Assembly (NCBI GenBank): GCA_039715075.1
Contig: JBDLIC010000001.1
Coordinates: forward strand, 3,501 to 67,500
Reading direction: 5' to 3'
From: Nitrospirota bacterium
GTDB lineage: Bacteria > Nitrospirota > Thermodesulfovibrionia > UBA6902
DNA: 64,000 nucleotides
How positions within the stretch are numbered: position 1 is the first letter of the stretch; every line of letters starts with the position of its first letter. Both the position numbers and the translations under genes were made by a program. Below are positions 9,493 through 19,261 of the stretch, in pieces. The notes beneath the pieces are model-generated. The model saw only the letters and a list, made by a program, of their open reading frames with translations. It was not told the origin of the DNA and ran no database searches.

Positions 9493-9960
9493 TTATGCCA
9501 ACGATCTCCTGAAATCGCTCAGCCACACAATATGCTCCTTCTCTTCATTGATGATTTTATTTACAATTTCTTTTTCCTTTATAACATCCTTCAGGCTTAG
9601 GAAGTACAGCAGCGTTTCCTTTTCAAACCCGATGGCAAATCGGACAACATCAGCAATAGTTTCGAGGTGATCAAGAGAGGGGAGGGATTTATTTTTACCG
9701 AGAAAAAATTCTGATTCAACAATTGCCCGCAGATACTGTGACGCTTCTTCCCACCCTTCGAGATTCTGGTCCCCGATTTTTTCTTTCAACCCGGTGAATG
9801 TTTTTTCGTGTTCCTGCTCCTTCACTGCAAGTGTTTCAAAAAACTTCCTGAATTTTTCGTCCTTGTCAAACTTGTTTGCCATGCTTATATAGAACTCATA
9901 TCCCAGTTTCTCTGTCTGAACAGCCTGCTCAATTACCTCATTGATAGAATAGTTCTCCAT
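9493..9960 (-). CDS. rubrerythrin/ferritin-like di-iron protein
   Basis: It has EQEHEK and EEKEH motifs. Confidence 0.6.
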   Translation of the reverse strand: MENYSINEVIEQAVQTEKLGYEFYISMANKFDKDEKFRKFFETLAVKEQEHEKTFTGLKEKIGDQNLEGWEEASQYLRAIVESEFFLGKNKSLPSLDHLETIADVVRFAIGFEKETLLYFLSLKDVIKEKEIVNKIINEEKEHIVWLSDFRRSLA

Positions 9961-10022
9961 GTTTCCCTCCTCTTTTTCATGAATGCATAAAATATAAATA
10001 AGTGGATATATTTATGATTTGT

Positions 10023-11987
10023 TTATTTTAAATATTTTTTTTCTTTTAAAAAAGTTTTTAATTCCCCCGGATCATGAACAGGATCATAACAGGCACCCCT
10101 TATGCATGGTATTACAGACCCGCTCTCTTTTCCATAGACTATACATGTTGATACCCCAAAAAGAGAAGCAGATATTTTGGAAAGCTCACTGTCAGGGGCT
10201 GCATTCACACTAATTTTCACTGTATTAAAATACGCGTCAAGAGAAGAAAAATAGTATCCTGCATGTACATTAACTTCCATTGCCCTTTCATTAAAAGACC
10301 TCAGTGCCTTTTCAGCATATTCAAAGTATGTTGCCTTTTCTGTAATATAATGCAGTTTCAGCAGCAGTCTGATGGCAAGTGAATTTGCCGACGGACGGGG
10401 AATATCTTCTATTTCCCTGATCCTCAAATCCAGCAGATGATCGTCAGTATCAAAAAAACCTCCGTGCTCTCTGTCCCAGAGCCTCCCAACAGAGAGTTCC
10501 ATCAATTCATCTGCCCGGTCAATGTAAGACCTGTCAGCAGTCACTTCATATGCCTCAATCAGCGCATCAATCAGATGCACATAATCATCCAGCATCGCTG
10601 GAATCCCCTCTGTGTGAAAGAGCTTCCCGTCTGCATAGAAAGTTTCCATTATCCTGTTGAGACTTCTTAGCGCCAGGTCTTTCAGGCCGCTGTCCCCGAG
10701 TATTCTGTAACCCTGTAAAAATACTGATATCAGCATGCCATTGATTGATGTGTACAGGGTCTTGTCAATAAACGGCATCTCCCTTTTGTCCCTTTCCTTC
10801 AGCAGTTTCCCCTTACCGGAATCAGCTATTTTAATAACATCTTCAATATTCATACCTGTCTCTTCTGCAATTTCCTTTGCTCCCATAACCGCAAACAGGA
10901 CTTTTTTTGAACTGTCATGATGCATGGCACCCGATTCATGCATCAGATGAAGGGAAAGGACCCTGTATTCATCATCATCAAGTATCCTCCTGAAATCTTC
11001 ATCCGTCCAAGTGAAATATCCGCCTTCATCATCAGGCGTAACATCAGCGTCCTGGCTTACATAAAACCCTCCGTCAGGGTCAGAGAGAACATCTTTTATG
11101 AACCCTGTTATCCCGACTGCAACTTCCCTGTAAAATTGATCACCGAAGACAGCATACGCAGTCAGATAGTTTCTAAACAGCCATGCATTGTCATCAGCCA
11201 TTTTTTCAAAGTGGGGGATGGTCCATGCCTCATCTGTGGAATACCGGTGAAAACCTCCGCCAAGATGGTCGCAAAAACCCCCTGCAGCCATTGAATTCAG
11301 GGTGATCCGTATAGCATGCCCGATAGATTCATCTCCGGTCATAACGTATCTGTTTATGAGAAATTCTATAGCCCCGGGCATCGGGAACTTCGGAGCACTC
11401 CCGAAACCGCCGTTCTGCATGTCAATTCCTGTAAGAATCTTCTTAGCCGTTTCATCAAGCTGGATTTCGCTTATCTCCCCATCCGGCAGAGGTAACGGTT
11501 TGAGTGAATCGAGCAGTTTCCCCGTATATTCGGCTATCTCATCCTGTTTTGATCTGTAAAACTCTGAGACTGCCCTTAATACCTTTTTAAACCCGGGCCT
11601 CCCCATCCTGTCTTCAGGCGGGAAGTATGTGCCGCCGTAAAATGGTTTCTTGTCCGGTGTAAGAAAGATGCTGAGGGGCCATCCCCCTGATTCACCCATA
11701 GCAGCAACAGCCATCTGGTACCTCCGGTCAATGTCCGGACGCTCATCCCTGTCGAGCTTAATACTGATAAAATTATCATTCAGAAGCTTCCCGGTCTCGT
11801 CATCGTAAAAACTCTCTTTGGCCATAACATGGCACCAGTGGCACCAGACCGCCCCGGAGCTCAGGAATAAAGGCTTGCCTTCCTTCTTTGCTTTTTCAAA
11901 CGATTCTTCCGACCATGGATACCAGTCGATCTTCTGTCCGGCAGCATGTTTCAGATAGGCTGACCTTTCCTTGCTCAGTCGGTTCAT
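10023..11987 (-). CDS. thioredoxin-domain protein YyaL (DUF255 plus six-hairpin glycosidase-like domain)
   Basis: The N-terminus has a CHWCH thioredoxin-like motif. The product is 654 aa, and the YyaL architecture is inferred from that length and the N-terminal motif. Confidence 0.8.
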   Translation of the reverse strand: MNRLSKERSAYLKHAAGQKIDWYPWSEESFEKAKKEGKPLFLSSGAVWCHWCHVMAKESFYDDETGKLLNDNFISIKLDRDERPDIDRRYQMAVAAMGESGGWPLSIFLTPDKKPFYGGTYFPPEDRMGRPGFKKVLRAVSEFYRSKQDEIAEYTGKLLDSLKPLPLPDGEISEIQLDETAKKILTGIDMQNGGFGSAPKFPMPGAIEFLINRYVMTGDESIGHAIRITLNSMAAGGFCDHLGGGFHRYSTDEAWTIPHFEKMADDNAWLFRNYLTAYAVFGDQFYREVAVGITGFIKDVLSDPDGGFYVSQDADVTPDDEGGYFTWTDEDFRRILDDDEYRVLSLHLMHESGAMHHDSSKKVLFAVMGAKEIAEETGMNIEDVIKIADSGKGKLLKERDKREMPFIDKTLYTSINGMLISVFLQGYRILGDSGLKDLALRSLNRIMETFYADGKLFHTEGIPAMLDDYVHLIDALIEAYEVTADRSYIDRADELMELSVGRLWDREHGGFFDTDDHLLDLRIREIEDIPRPSANSLAIRLLLKLHYITEKATYFEYAEKALRSFNERAMEVNVHAGYYFSSLDAYFNTVKISVNAAPDSELSKISASLFGVSTCIVYGKESGSVIPCIRGACYDPVHDPGELKTFLKEKKYLK

Positions 11988-12002
11988 TATTTTCGTCCTT
12001 TA

Positions 12003-12473
12003 CTATTTTTTCAATGCACTGCCGAGAAACAGCAGTATGATCCCGTCAGCAAGGAGAAGGAGGTTCAGCGATGCACTTATTGCGTGAAGTTTCCCGAACT
12101 TTTTTCTGAGGTGCGAATTATCGGCAGGAGCTTCAAAAGAATGGATTTCCTTTTTTATCTCTCTGATATCAGGGTGAAGTTTAAATGCTACAAACAGGTT
12201 AATAATAACAGCAGAGACAACCAGTGCCATTGACAACCTGAATCCGAATTTAGTGAGAAATGCGTGTATTACTATGAGAAATATAAGTGCAAGAACCGAA
12301 AGCAGCAGATTATACAGGAAGTAACCTGGAAAAAGTTTTCCGACAATCTTTCCCGCCATGTCTCTTTCAAAGTCCCTGAAAATGACCGGTGTGACAATGA
12401 ATGTAAAGATAGCAATGCCGCCAATCCAGAGCGATAACACAACGTTATAAATGAACTGCCATATATTATTCAT
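12003..12473 (-). CDS. integral membrane protein (DUF4149-like)
   Basis: The product has four predicted TM helices. It overlaps the gdhA stop by 4 nt, which indicates translational coupling. Confidence 0.45.
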   Translation of the reverse strand: MNNIWQFIYNVVLSLWIGGIAIFTFIVTPVIFRDFERDMAGKIVGKLFPGYFLYNLLLSVLALIFLIVIHAFLTKFGFRLSMALVVSAVIINLFVAFKLHPDIREIKKEIHSFEAPADNSHLRKKFGKLHAISASLNLLLLADGIILLFLGSALKK

Positions 12474-13750
12474 AGGTTACCGCGAAGTCTTTCTGCATGC
12501 AAAATCCTCTTTATCGCAATCTTGTACGCCGCCTTTTTCATGGTACACTTCTCTTCCCTGCATAGTGAATAAACATCATCAAATGCATTAATCATGACAT
12601 CCTTCAGTTTCTGCAGGACCTTCTCCTCTTCCCAGTAATCATTGTTCAGGTTCTGGATCCATTCAAAATAACTACCCACAACACCGCCGGAATTGGCGAG
12701 CACATCCGGAACCAGCATAATTGACCTTTCAAAAAATATCTGACTTGCATCTTTTGTAGTCGGCGCGTTCGCCAGTTCCAGTATTATCTTTGCCTTCACA
12801 TCTCCGGCATTGTCTTTACGAAGCTGGTCCGACATGGCAGCCGGCACCAGGACATCGCAGTCGCATGTCAGCAGCTGCTCATTTGAAATATTGTCCGATC
12901 CCCTGAAATCTGCCAGACTACCCGTCTCTTTTTTGTGCCTGATCACTTCATGGATATCCAGACCATTAAGGTTTATTATCCCTCCCTTTGAGTCACTTAC
13001 TGCAGCAACACAGTAGCCCCGCTCGTGAAGAATACGGGCAGCATTTTTTCCCACATTACCAAAGCCCTGAACGACAACGCAGACTTTGGACTTATCCATA
13101 CCCGATTCTTTCATTGCCTTTTCAAGAACATAGATCCCGCCCAGTGATGTTGAGTAGCTGCGTACTTTACTGCCTCCCAGTTCCTCGGGTTTGCCGGTAA
13201 CCACGGCAGGGACATGTTCACGTTTTAACCTCTCATATTCATCCAGCATCCAGACCATTGTGTTTTCATCCGTATACACATCAGGGGCAGGAATATCCTT
13301 GAACGGCCCTATAAAATCAGATATAATACGGATGTACGCCCTTGTCAGCGATTCGAGCTCCTCCCGCGTCAACCCCTTTGGATCTACCACAACACCGCCC
13401 TTTGCCCCCCCAAAGGGGATATTAACAACAGCACATTTCAGTGCCATCAAAAAGGCGAGGTCGCTCACATGCTGCACAGTCAGTTCAGGGTGAAACCTGA
13501 TCCCCCCCTTTGAAGGACCCCTGGCATCATTGAACTGGACTCTATGTCCAAGGAACATCTTTGTCGTACCGTTTGACAATTTCACAGGGAAGTGAGCGGT
13601 AAAAATACGTCGGGGCACACTGAGAATACCAAGTTCCGCTTCTGATAAATCAAGTTCAGAATATATACTTTCGAGTTCGGAAACGCAGAGCCTGCAGAGA
13701 CTCTTTTCGTCAATATGTATACGTTCGTGATTCTTGCTCACAGTAAACAT
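12470..13750 (-). CDS. gdhA: NAD(P)-dependent glutamate dehydrogenase
   Basis: It has the GGAKGG motif and the Glu/Leu/Phe/Val dehydrogenase N- and C-domains. Confidence 0.85.
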   Translation of the reverse strand: MFTVSKNHERIHIDEKSLCRLCVSELESIYSELDLSEAELGILSVPRRIFTAHFPVKLSNGTTKMFLGHRVQFNDARGPSKGGIRFHPELTVQHVSDLAFLMALKCAVVNIPFGGAKGGVVVDPKGLTREELESLTRAYIRIISDFIGPFKDIPAPDVYTDENTMVWMLDEYERLKREHVPAVVTGKPEELGGSKVRSYSTSLGGIYVLEKAMKESGMDKSKVCVVVQGFGNVGKNAARILHERGYCVAAVSDSKGGIINLNGLDIHEVIRHKKETGSLADFRGSDNISNEQLLTCDCDVLVPAAMSDQLRKDNAGDVKAKIILELANAPTTKDASQIFFERSIMLVPDVLANSGGVVGSYFEWIQNLNNDYWEEEKVLQKLKDVMINAFDDVYSLCREEKCTMKKAAYKIAIKRILHAERLRGNL

Positions 13751-13764
13751 TACCTCCGCAATAA

Positions 13765-14979
13765 TCAGAAGTTCTTATGATACTCCTTAACTTTTATTGC
13801 AAACTCCCGGCCAAATTCATAGCACTTAGTTTCATCCTCAGGAGATGGCCTGTATAGCACCTGCATCCCTGGTTCAAAAACCTCAAGCTTCATTCTCCCG
13901 AATTCCTCATATGCGTCCCTGACTGCGCCTCCGCCCCATCCAAAGCTTCCGAACGCACCCATCATCCTGTTTTTGGGACGGAGCCCCCTGAGATGTGTAA
14001 GAAATTCAGCCACAGATGGAAAAAGAATATTATTGAGTGTAGGGCTCCCTACCAGACAGCCGCGCGACTTCCAGAACTCCTTGATCGCCACACTCATCGG
14101 TGTGGCCCTCAGTTTGATGACCTTGCAGTCGATCCCCTCGTCCCTTATTCCCTGCATCAATGGAATTGTCATCCGTTCGGTGCTGTGCCACATCGTGTCA
14201 TATATTATTGCCACCCTCAAATCCGCCTTGCCGTTAGCTATATCCAGATATTTCTGCAAAATACGGCCTGGGTCATTTCTCCATATTATTCCATGGTCAG
14301 GGGCTATCATATCTATCTCCAGACCGAGCTTCTGGACTTCAGCTATCTTTGATTTAATGAGCTGCCCGAATGGCATCAGGATATTTGCATAATACTCAAT
14401 TACAGCATCATCAAGCACAGACCGGGAAACACTGTCATCCAGCTCATCATCAAACCTCGCCGATGTAGCAAGGTGCTGTCCGAATGCATCCTGGGAAAAG
14501 AGTAGTTTGGCTTCCTTGACATATGTCATCATCGAATCCGGCCAGTGGAGCATCGGCGTCTCAAGAAATGTAAATGTGTATTTCCCGGTATTCAGGGTAT
14601 CACCGGTCTTTACCAGTTTGATATTCCATTTAGAAATATCAAAATGCCTGTCAAGACCCTTCTGCCCTTTTTTAGTCAAATAGATCGTGGCATTCGGGGT
14701 AAGCGACATAATGGTGTCCAGTGCGCTTGCATGGTCAGGTTCAATGTGATTTATAATAATGTTGACTATCTTTGAAGGGTCAATCAAATTCCTGATATTT
14801 TTTAGCGTATGTCTCGAAAAATCCTGTTTTACCGTATCGACCAGTGTGATCTGATCATCAAGCACAAGATAATTGTTATAGGTGGTCCCGTTTGGTGTTA
14901 AGTACCCATGGAAATCTCTTACTGCCCAGTCTATAGAACCTACCCAGTAGATATCCGGTTTAATTTCAATAGCTTTCAT
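13765..14979 (-). CDS. FprA-type flavodiiron protein (rubredoxin:oxygen/NO oxidoreductase)
   Basis: A metallo-beta-lactamase-like di-iron domain (HIEPDH) is followed by a flavodoxin domain. The product is 404 aa. Confidence 0.85.
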   Translation of the reverse strand: MKAIEIKPDIYWVGSIDWAVRDFHGYLTPNGTTYNNYLVLDDQITLVDTVKQDFSRHTLKNIRNLIDPSKIVNIIINHIEPDHASALDTIMSLTPNATIYLTKKGQKGLDRHFDISKWNIKLVKTGDTLNTGKYTFTFLETPMLHWPDSMMTYVKEAKLLFSQDAFGQHLATSARFDDELDDSVSRSVLDDAVIEYYANILMPFGQLIKSKIAEVQKLGLEIDMIAPDHGIIWRNDPGRILQKYLDIANGKADLRVAIIYDTMWHSTERMTIPLMQGIRDEGIDCKVIKLRATPMSVAIKEFWKSRGCLVGSPTLNNILFPSVAEFLTHLRGLRPKNRMMGAFGSFGWGGGAVRDAYEEFGRMKLEVFEPGMQVLYRPSPEDETKCYEFGREFAIKVKEYHKNF

Positions 14980-15126
14980 GATTCCTCCTGATTATCGTTA
15001 TAATTTCTGGTCCGTTATTGCAGATGAGGACTAAAGTATAACGGATAACCATACTCTTGTCCATAATACTTCCCGTCTCAAAAACAAGTATTTAAAGAGA
15101 TTTATTACAGTTTCCAGCCGGGAAAA

Positions 15127-15165
15127 AAGCAGCAGCAGTTTTTTAACTGCTGCTGCTTTATATCA
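15127..15165. terminator. Bidirectional intrinsic terminator
   Basis: The sequence is aaaaaagcagcagcagttttttaactgctgctgcttt. It sits directly after the peroxiredoxin stop. Confidence 0.7.
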
Positions 15166-15188
15166 ACAATTGAATATCTTAAGTCCGT

Positions 15189-15809
15189 TTACTTCTCAAG
15201 TGCCTCATGCACCTTTCCTACAAGTTTTGCGGAAGGGGTAAGCGTCTTGTCTCCCTCGTCCTTCCACTTTGCCGGACATCCCTGTTGAGTATGTTTCGCA
15301 AGATGGAGGTTCGCCTTGAACTTCCTCATTAACTCATCCACATTTCTGCCCATATTGTAATAATTGACCTCAGCGTTCATGAGTGTGCCGTCAGGACTGA
15401 TGATAAATGTCCCGCGCAGTGCAAGACCCGTCTCATCATCATAAACCCCGAACATTTTCGCGAGATTTCCGGTCGGATCAGCACCCATTGAATACTTTAC
15501 GTTTGCAAGGGACTGCTCATCTCTCTGCCATGCCAGATGTACAAACTGTGTATCATTGCTTACGGTAATGATCTCGGCACCCATTTTTTTAAACCTGTCC
15601 TGCTGCTCTGCCAGAGCGGCAAACTCGGTTGCTCAGACAAAAGTAAAATCAGCGGGATAGAAAAAAAGTATGGTCCACTTCTTGTTCTTCTTGAGATTTT
15701 TAAGGCTTACCTCGCCGAAATCGCCCTTTGACGGTTCATAAGTAGTCAGCTTAAAATCCGGGATCTTTGCCCCAACATTGCATCCTAAACATTCACATGC
15801 CTCTGTCAT
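15189..15809 (-). CDS. 2-Cys peroxiredoxin with selenocysteine (in-frame UGA) at the peroxidatic position
   Basis: The listed 131-aa ORF is only the C-terminal part. Reading through the TGA at 15633-15635 gives MTEACECLGCNVGAKIPDFKLTTYEPSKGDFGEVSLKNLKKNKKWTILFFYPADFTFV[U]ATEFAALAEQQDRFKKMGAEI… The TGA sits exactly in the FTFVCPTE active-site motif. Confidence 0.7.
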
Positions 15810-15941
15810 TTCACCCCTCCTTTTTTTAGTTAATTTCTGTTATGGAAAGTCCAGTTTGTCACCCTGAACCTGTTTCAGGGTCTCCTAACTATTTGATCTC
15901 CTGATATTCTGAAACGAGTTCAGAATGACCTTTTATAAAAA

Positions 15942-16436
15942 CTAATCAATCTTACTGAATGCCTGTTTTTTGGCTTTGCATACAGGGCATTCATCAGGGG
16001 CACTGCCTTCAGCCGTGAACCCGCATACGTCACATACATAATAGTCACTATCTTCGTTCCTGCCAAGATTATCAAGAGCATTCTGATAAAGTCCAGCATG
16101 GATCTTCTCAACTTCATTGGCAAAATTAAAGCTCCTCAACGCGCCTTTGTTTCCTTCTTCTTCTGCATCTGCAATCATTTGCGGATACATTTCCTTAAAC
16201 TCAAATGTCTCTCCGCCGATAGCTGCCTCAAGGTTCTCCTTTGTACTTTTTATCCCGCCTAGCGCTTTGAGATGACTGTGCGCATGTACTGTTTCTGCGG
16301 CAGCCGCCGCTCTGAAAAGCTTTGCAGCCTGGGAATATCCTTCTTTGTCAGCCTGCTTTGCAAATGCAAGGTATTTTCTGTTGGCCTGTGATTCTCCGGC
16401 AAATGCATCCTGAAGGTTCTTTTCTGATTTAGACAC
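15942..16436 (-). CDS. rbr: rubrerythrin
   Basis: A ferritin-like di-iron domain is followed by a C-terminal rubredoxin-like CDVCG…CPVC. Confidence 0.85.
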   Translation of the reverse strand: MSKSEKNLQDAFAGESQANRKYLAFAKQADKEGYSQAAKLFRAAAAAETVHAHSHLKALGGIKSTKENLEAAIGGETFEFKEMYPQMIADAEEEGNKGALRSFNFANEVEKIHAGLYQNALDNLGRNEDSDYYVCDVCGFTAEGSAPDECPVCKAKKQAFSKID

Positions 16437-16472
16437 TTATTCTTTCTCCTTTTATAAAACTAATATGGTTCT

Positions 16473-16868
16473 CTATTCCGTTACAGTAATTTCTTTTGAT
16501 GCCACCCACTGTCCGTGAATGTTGCACCTTTCTACCACTTTAAGGGTTACGGTCCTGTGTTTTCCGCCCTTTACGAGAGTAACTATCACCTCGGGCTTTG
16601 TAAATACAGGTGTAAGGTCTACCCTTACATTAAAATTGTCACCTGAATGGACATCTATCCACTGGATATGATGGGCCTCCTCCATAACATGGGGAAGACT
16701 CCCGACATTTATCTTTACCTGAAACGGTTCCCCGGCCTTTACCGTATCCGGACAGTCTATAACCGGAGTATGTTTCTTTTCAGGGTCTGTCATGTTTGCA
16801 GGGTCCTCGGGACTATTGTTTCCGCAAAAAATTCCTTTGTCAGACATTATCTTTTCTCCTTTCTCCAA
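16473..16868 (-). CDS. superoxide reductase (desulfoferrodoxin/neelaredoxin family)
   Basis: It has EKKHTPVID, HVMEEAHHIQWID and CNIHGQW centre-II motifs. Confidence 0.75.
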   Translation of the reverse strand: MEKGEKIMSDKGIFCGNNSPEDPANMTDPEKKHTPVIDCPDTVKAGEPFQVKINVGSLPHVMEEAHHIQWIDVHSGDNFNVRVDLTPVFTKPEVIVTLVKGGKHRTVTLKVVERCNIHGQWVASKEITVTE

Positions 16869-16877
16869 CTATTGTTT

Positions 16878-17009
16878 TCAACTTACCGGATCGAATGCCT
16901 CTTTCGGCGCATTGCATACCGGGCAAGCCCAGTCATCCGGCAATTCATTAAAGGGTTTCCCCTCCTTTGCCTCATCATAATCATATCCGCATATACTGCA
17001 CCTGTACAT
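16878..17009 (-). CDS. rubredoxin (43 aa; not in the ORF track)
   Basis: The reverse-strand translation is [43 protein letters not shown], with CxxCG and CPxCG motifs. Confidence 0.8.
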   Translation of the reverse strand: MYRCSICGYDYDEAKEGKPFNELPDDWACPVCNAPKEAFDPVS

Positions 17010-17054
17010 GAAATTCTTCCCCTTTCCACCATTATATCACCTGCAATTTCAGAT

Positions 17055-17714
17055 TCAAGCCTTTACCAGGTTTCCCGGCTCAATCTTTGCCAGTGCCGCT
17101 CCCGCCAGCTCTCCTACAGTCTTATTTATTAATTCTTCTTTTTCATAAAATAGAATAGAATCCGTATCACTCCTGAGGCTCTCAAGCCTGTCCGCAGCCA
17201 GGGCAACACCCAGTTCACCGGCTGCCCATGCGGCATATCCGCGAATTGACCGGTCCTGGTTGTTCAGGCAGGAAACAATAATGGGGCCAGCATAATCAAC
17301 CATTTCAGTGTGGGTTTTCCCCATTCTCCCGGCAGCCCGCATTACACCGGCAGTAAGCATTATTTCCTCATGAAAAGAGACAATAATCGTAGCAATGTCC
17401 GCGCATAATAAAGGATTGTTTCTCACTATTTCACCCAGGATCTCAGGAGCGCTCCAGCCGATCCCGCCTGACTCGTCCCGTATCATCCACATTAGCCGTC
17501 CGGTTGTGCTCTTCACCATGTCAGGATCTGTACCGGCGATCCTGCCGGTAATCAGGCCAATGGCCTCCATTGCGCGCCACGAGATGACACTGTCCTTGTC
17601 GTAGGTCATTGAGATCAGCATGGTCAGGACTCTTCTTGTGTTTGATGACTGTTTGATCAGTTCATCATATTTCTTTTCACTTAAAATGTTTGTGATCTCT
17701 TTCTTTAAACGCAT
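17055..17714 (-). CDS. HEAT/PBS-lyase-like repeat protein
   Basis: It shows repeated helical HEAT-like units and is embedded in the redox cluster. Confidence 0.5.
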   Translation of the reverse strand: MRLKKEITNILSEKKYDELIKQSSNTRRVLTMLISMTYDKDSVISWRAMEAIGLITGRIAGTDPDMVKSTTGRLMWMIRDESGGIGWSAPEILGEIVRNNPLLCADIATIIVSFHEEIMLTAGVMRAAGRMGKTHTEMVDYAGPIIVSCLNNQDRSIRGYAAWAAGELGVALAADRLESLRSDTDSILFYEKEELINKTVGELAGAALAKIEPGNLVKA

Positions 17715-17732
17715 GGTTACCTCACATTTGAT

Positions 17733-17945
17733 TTACCGGAAAATCAATTCAATGCCCGGCACTTTATCTTTGATTGCATCTTCGATACATTTGGGTTCGC
17801 AGTCTGCGCATCGTCCGCCGCAATATATGGTCACCCTGCTGCCATTTACTTCTCCCAGTTCTGCGTAACCGTCATGTGCCTCTATATAAGATCTTATAGC
17901 ACCAAGAGCTTCTGTGATTTCATTTTCCATTTTATTCATTTCCAT
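17733..17945 (-). CDS. NifU-like (Nfu C-terminal domain) Fe-S assembly protein
   Basis: The CGGRCADC motif resembles the Nfu GACxGC motif. Confidence 0.55.
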   Translation of the reverse strand: MEMNKMENEITEALGAIRSYIEAHDGYAELGEVNGSRVTIYCGGRCADCEPKCIEDAIKDKVPGIELIFR

Positions 17946-17983
17946 ATAATAACTTTAAAAATTATTGAGCATTCATTCACTGC

Positions 17984-18481
17984 CTAGCCGCCCTCGAGCA
18001 CTCCATGTTCCTCCCACATGAACCATTCGCCGGTATCCGCAAGGAATTTATAAGTGTTATCAAGTATCTCGTAGTGCTTCTGCTCTTCAGCGGTCAGGAC
18101 TTCAAAAAGCCTTTTCTCCTTTTCCTCTTCTGCTTCCCGGGCGGCCTTTTCATAAAAATGGTAGCCCTCCCTTTCAAAATCAAGCGCTATTTTCACCGCC
18201 TCTATTTCATCCGCTGTTGCGGTTATTCTCTGCATCATCCCGTCCTTGAGTTCCGTGAATATAGTCTTTATGTCTTCACCGATATGAACACCCTTCGTAT
18301 CAATCTCCAGGTCATTCAGTATATCCTTAAGCATTTTCAGATGTCGTGATTCGTCCGACACAAAACCATCAAATATTTTCCTGCCCAGAGGATGTGAAAT
18401 CTTATCTCTCGCTTCGCTGTAAAAACTCATGGCATCCGTTTCCATTTTCACTGCTGTCTCAACCGCCCTGCTTAGTGACAT
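17984..18481 (-). CDS. rubrerythrin/ferritin-like di-iron protein
   Basis: It has E-x-x-H motifs (ESRH, EEQKH) and a CAGGAGG RBS. Confidence 0.6.
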   Translation of the reverse strand: MSLSRAVETAVKMETDAMSFYSEARDKISHPLGRKIFDGFVSDESRHLKMLKDILNDLEIDTKGVHIGEDIKTIFTELKDGMMQRITATADEIEAVKIALDFEREGYHFYEKAAREAEEEKEKRLFEVLTAEEQKHYEILDNTYKFLADTGEWFMWEEHGVLEGG

Positions 18482-18497
18482 AGTTCACCTCCTGTTT

Positions 18498-18659
18498 CTA
18501 GCTGTTATTAAACAAAGAACCACATTTCCCGCACTTTATTTCAGTATCATCACTCCATGCCTCAATTTCATACCCGCATGACTGACACTTAACCTCTGTC
18601 GGAAATGGAGCAGATTTGACCGAACATGCCGGTTTTTCTTCCAGTCTTCTATCCTTCAT
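18498..18659 (-). CDS. small zinc-ribbon protein (53 aa; not in the ORF track)
   Basis: The translation is MKDRRLEEKPACSVKSAPFPTEVKCQSCGYEIEAWSDDTEIKCGKCGSLFNNS. Confidence 0.5.
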   Translation of the reverse strand: MKDRRLEEKPACSVKSAPFPTEVKCQSCGYEIEAWSDDTEIKCGKCGSLFNNS

Positions 18660-19092
18660 ATGCCTTCCTCCATCCTTCTTCCTTTAAGCGGACCATCCTG
18701 CTTATGGCCCATTTTTTTATTTCACTGAAATATTTCTTTGGATCCACTTTTGCCAGTTCGGCCAGATCCGTCTTTTCCCGCACACTGTCTATATGATCAC
18801 CAGGATATACACCGCGCCATGTTACATATCCCTGATCAAAGAGCGTCTCCGGTGAAAGGTTATCCGCATGATGCGCCGGCAGCCTGTTATTGTAAAGCGC
18901 TGCAACTTCCATGTCGTATTTAATTACCCATCCATTGTCATGCAGCATATTATGCTGCTCTATTGCCAGGTCTCCTGAACAGTCCGGACAATACAGGATT
19001 TCAATTACCTCAGGGGGCATTATTTCATTCTTAAAATTAAAACTTGCGTCCCTCTTTCCGCATTTGCAGATTATTGAATGCTCCATGCACAT
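18649..19092 (-). CDS. cysteine-rich hypothetical protein
   Basis: It has CKCG…CPDCSG motifs and an AGGAGG RBS. Confidence 0.55.
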   Translation of the reverse strand: MCMEHSIICKCGKRDASFNFKNEIMPPEVIEILYCPDCSGDLAIEQHNMLHDNGWVIKYDMEVAALYNNRLPAHHADNLSPETLFDQGYVTWRGVYPGDHIDSVREKTDLAELAKVDPKKYFSEIKKWAISRMVRLKEEGWRKAYEG

Positions 19093-19110
19093 ATTGCTTC
19101 CTCCTTATGA

Positions 19111-19218
19111 TTATCCTTCCTTCTTCATGGTTCCGTCTGAACCGCATTTCGGACATTTTTTAGGCTTGCACCTTCCTTCTTTTGTAGCTCCACAGCTGTC
19201 GCACTTAAATGTTGCCAT
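19111..19218 (-). CDS. small zinc-ribbon protein (35 aa)
   Basis: An internal start after a GGAGG RBS gives MATFKCDSCGATKEGRCKPKKCPKCGSDGTMKKEG. The longer listed ORF overlaps perR. Confidence 0.5.
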   Translation of the reverse strand: MATFKCDSCGATKEGRCKPKKCPKCGSDGTMKKEG

Positions 19219-19261
19219 TTCCAATACCTCCTTCTTTTTACCCGGACATACGTCCGGACTT

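Noticed and set aside
13973-14392. Antisense ORFs inside fprA, and similar antisense ORFs inside polA, cpaF, dnaX, the SNF2 gene and PBP1A (for example 46028-46736 and 62278-62976)
   Set aside because: They are embedded opposite long, well-supported genes. They show biased, non-protein-like composition and have no RBS. They are typical shadow ORFs.
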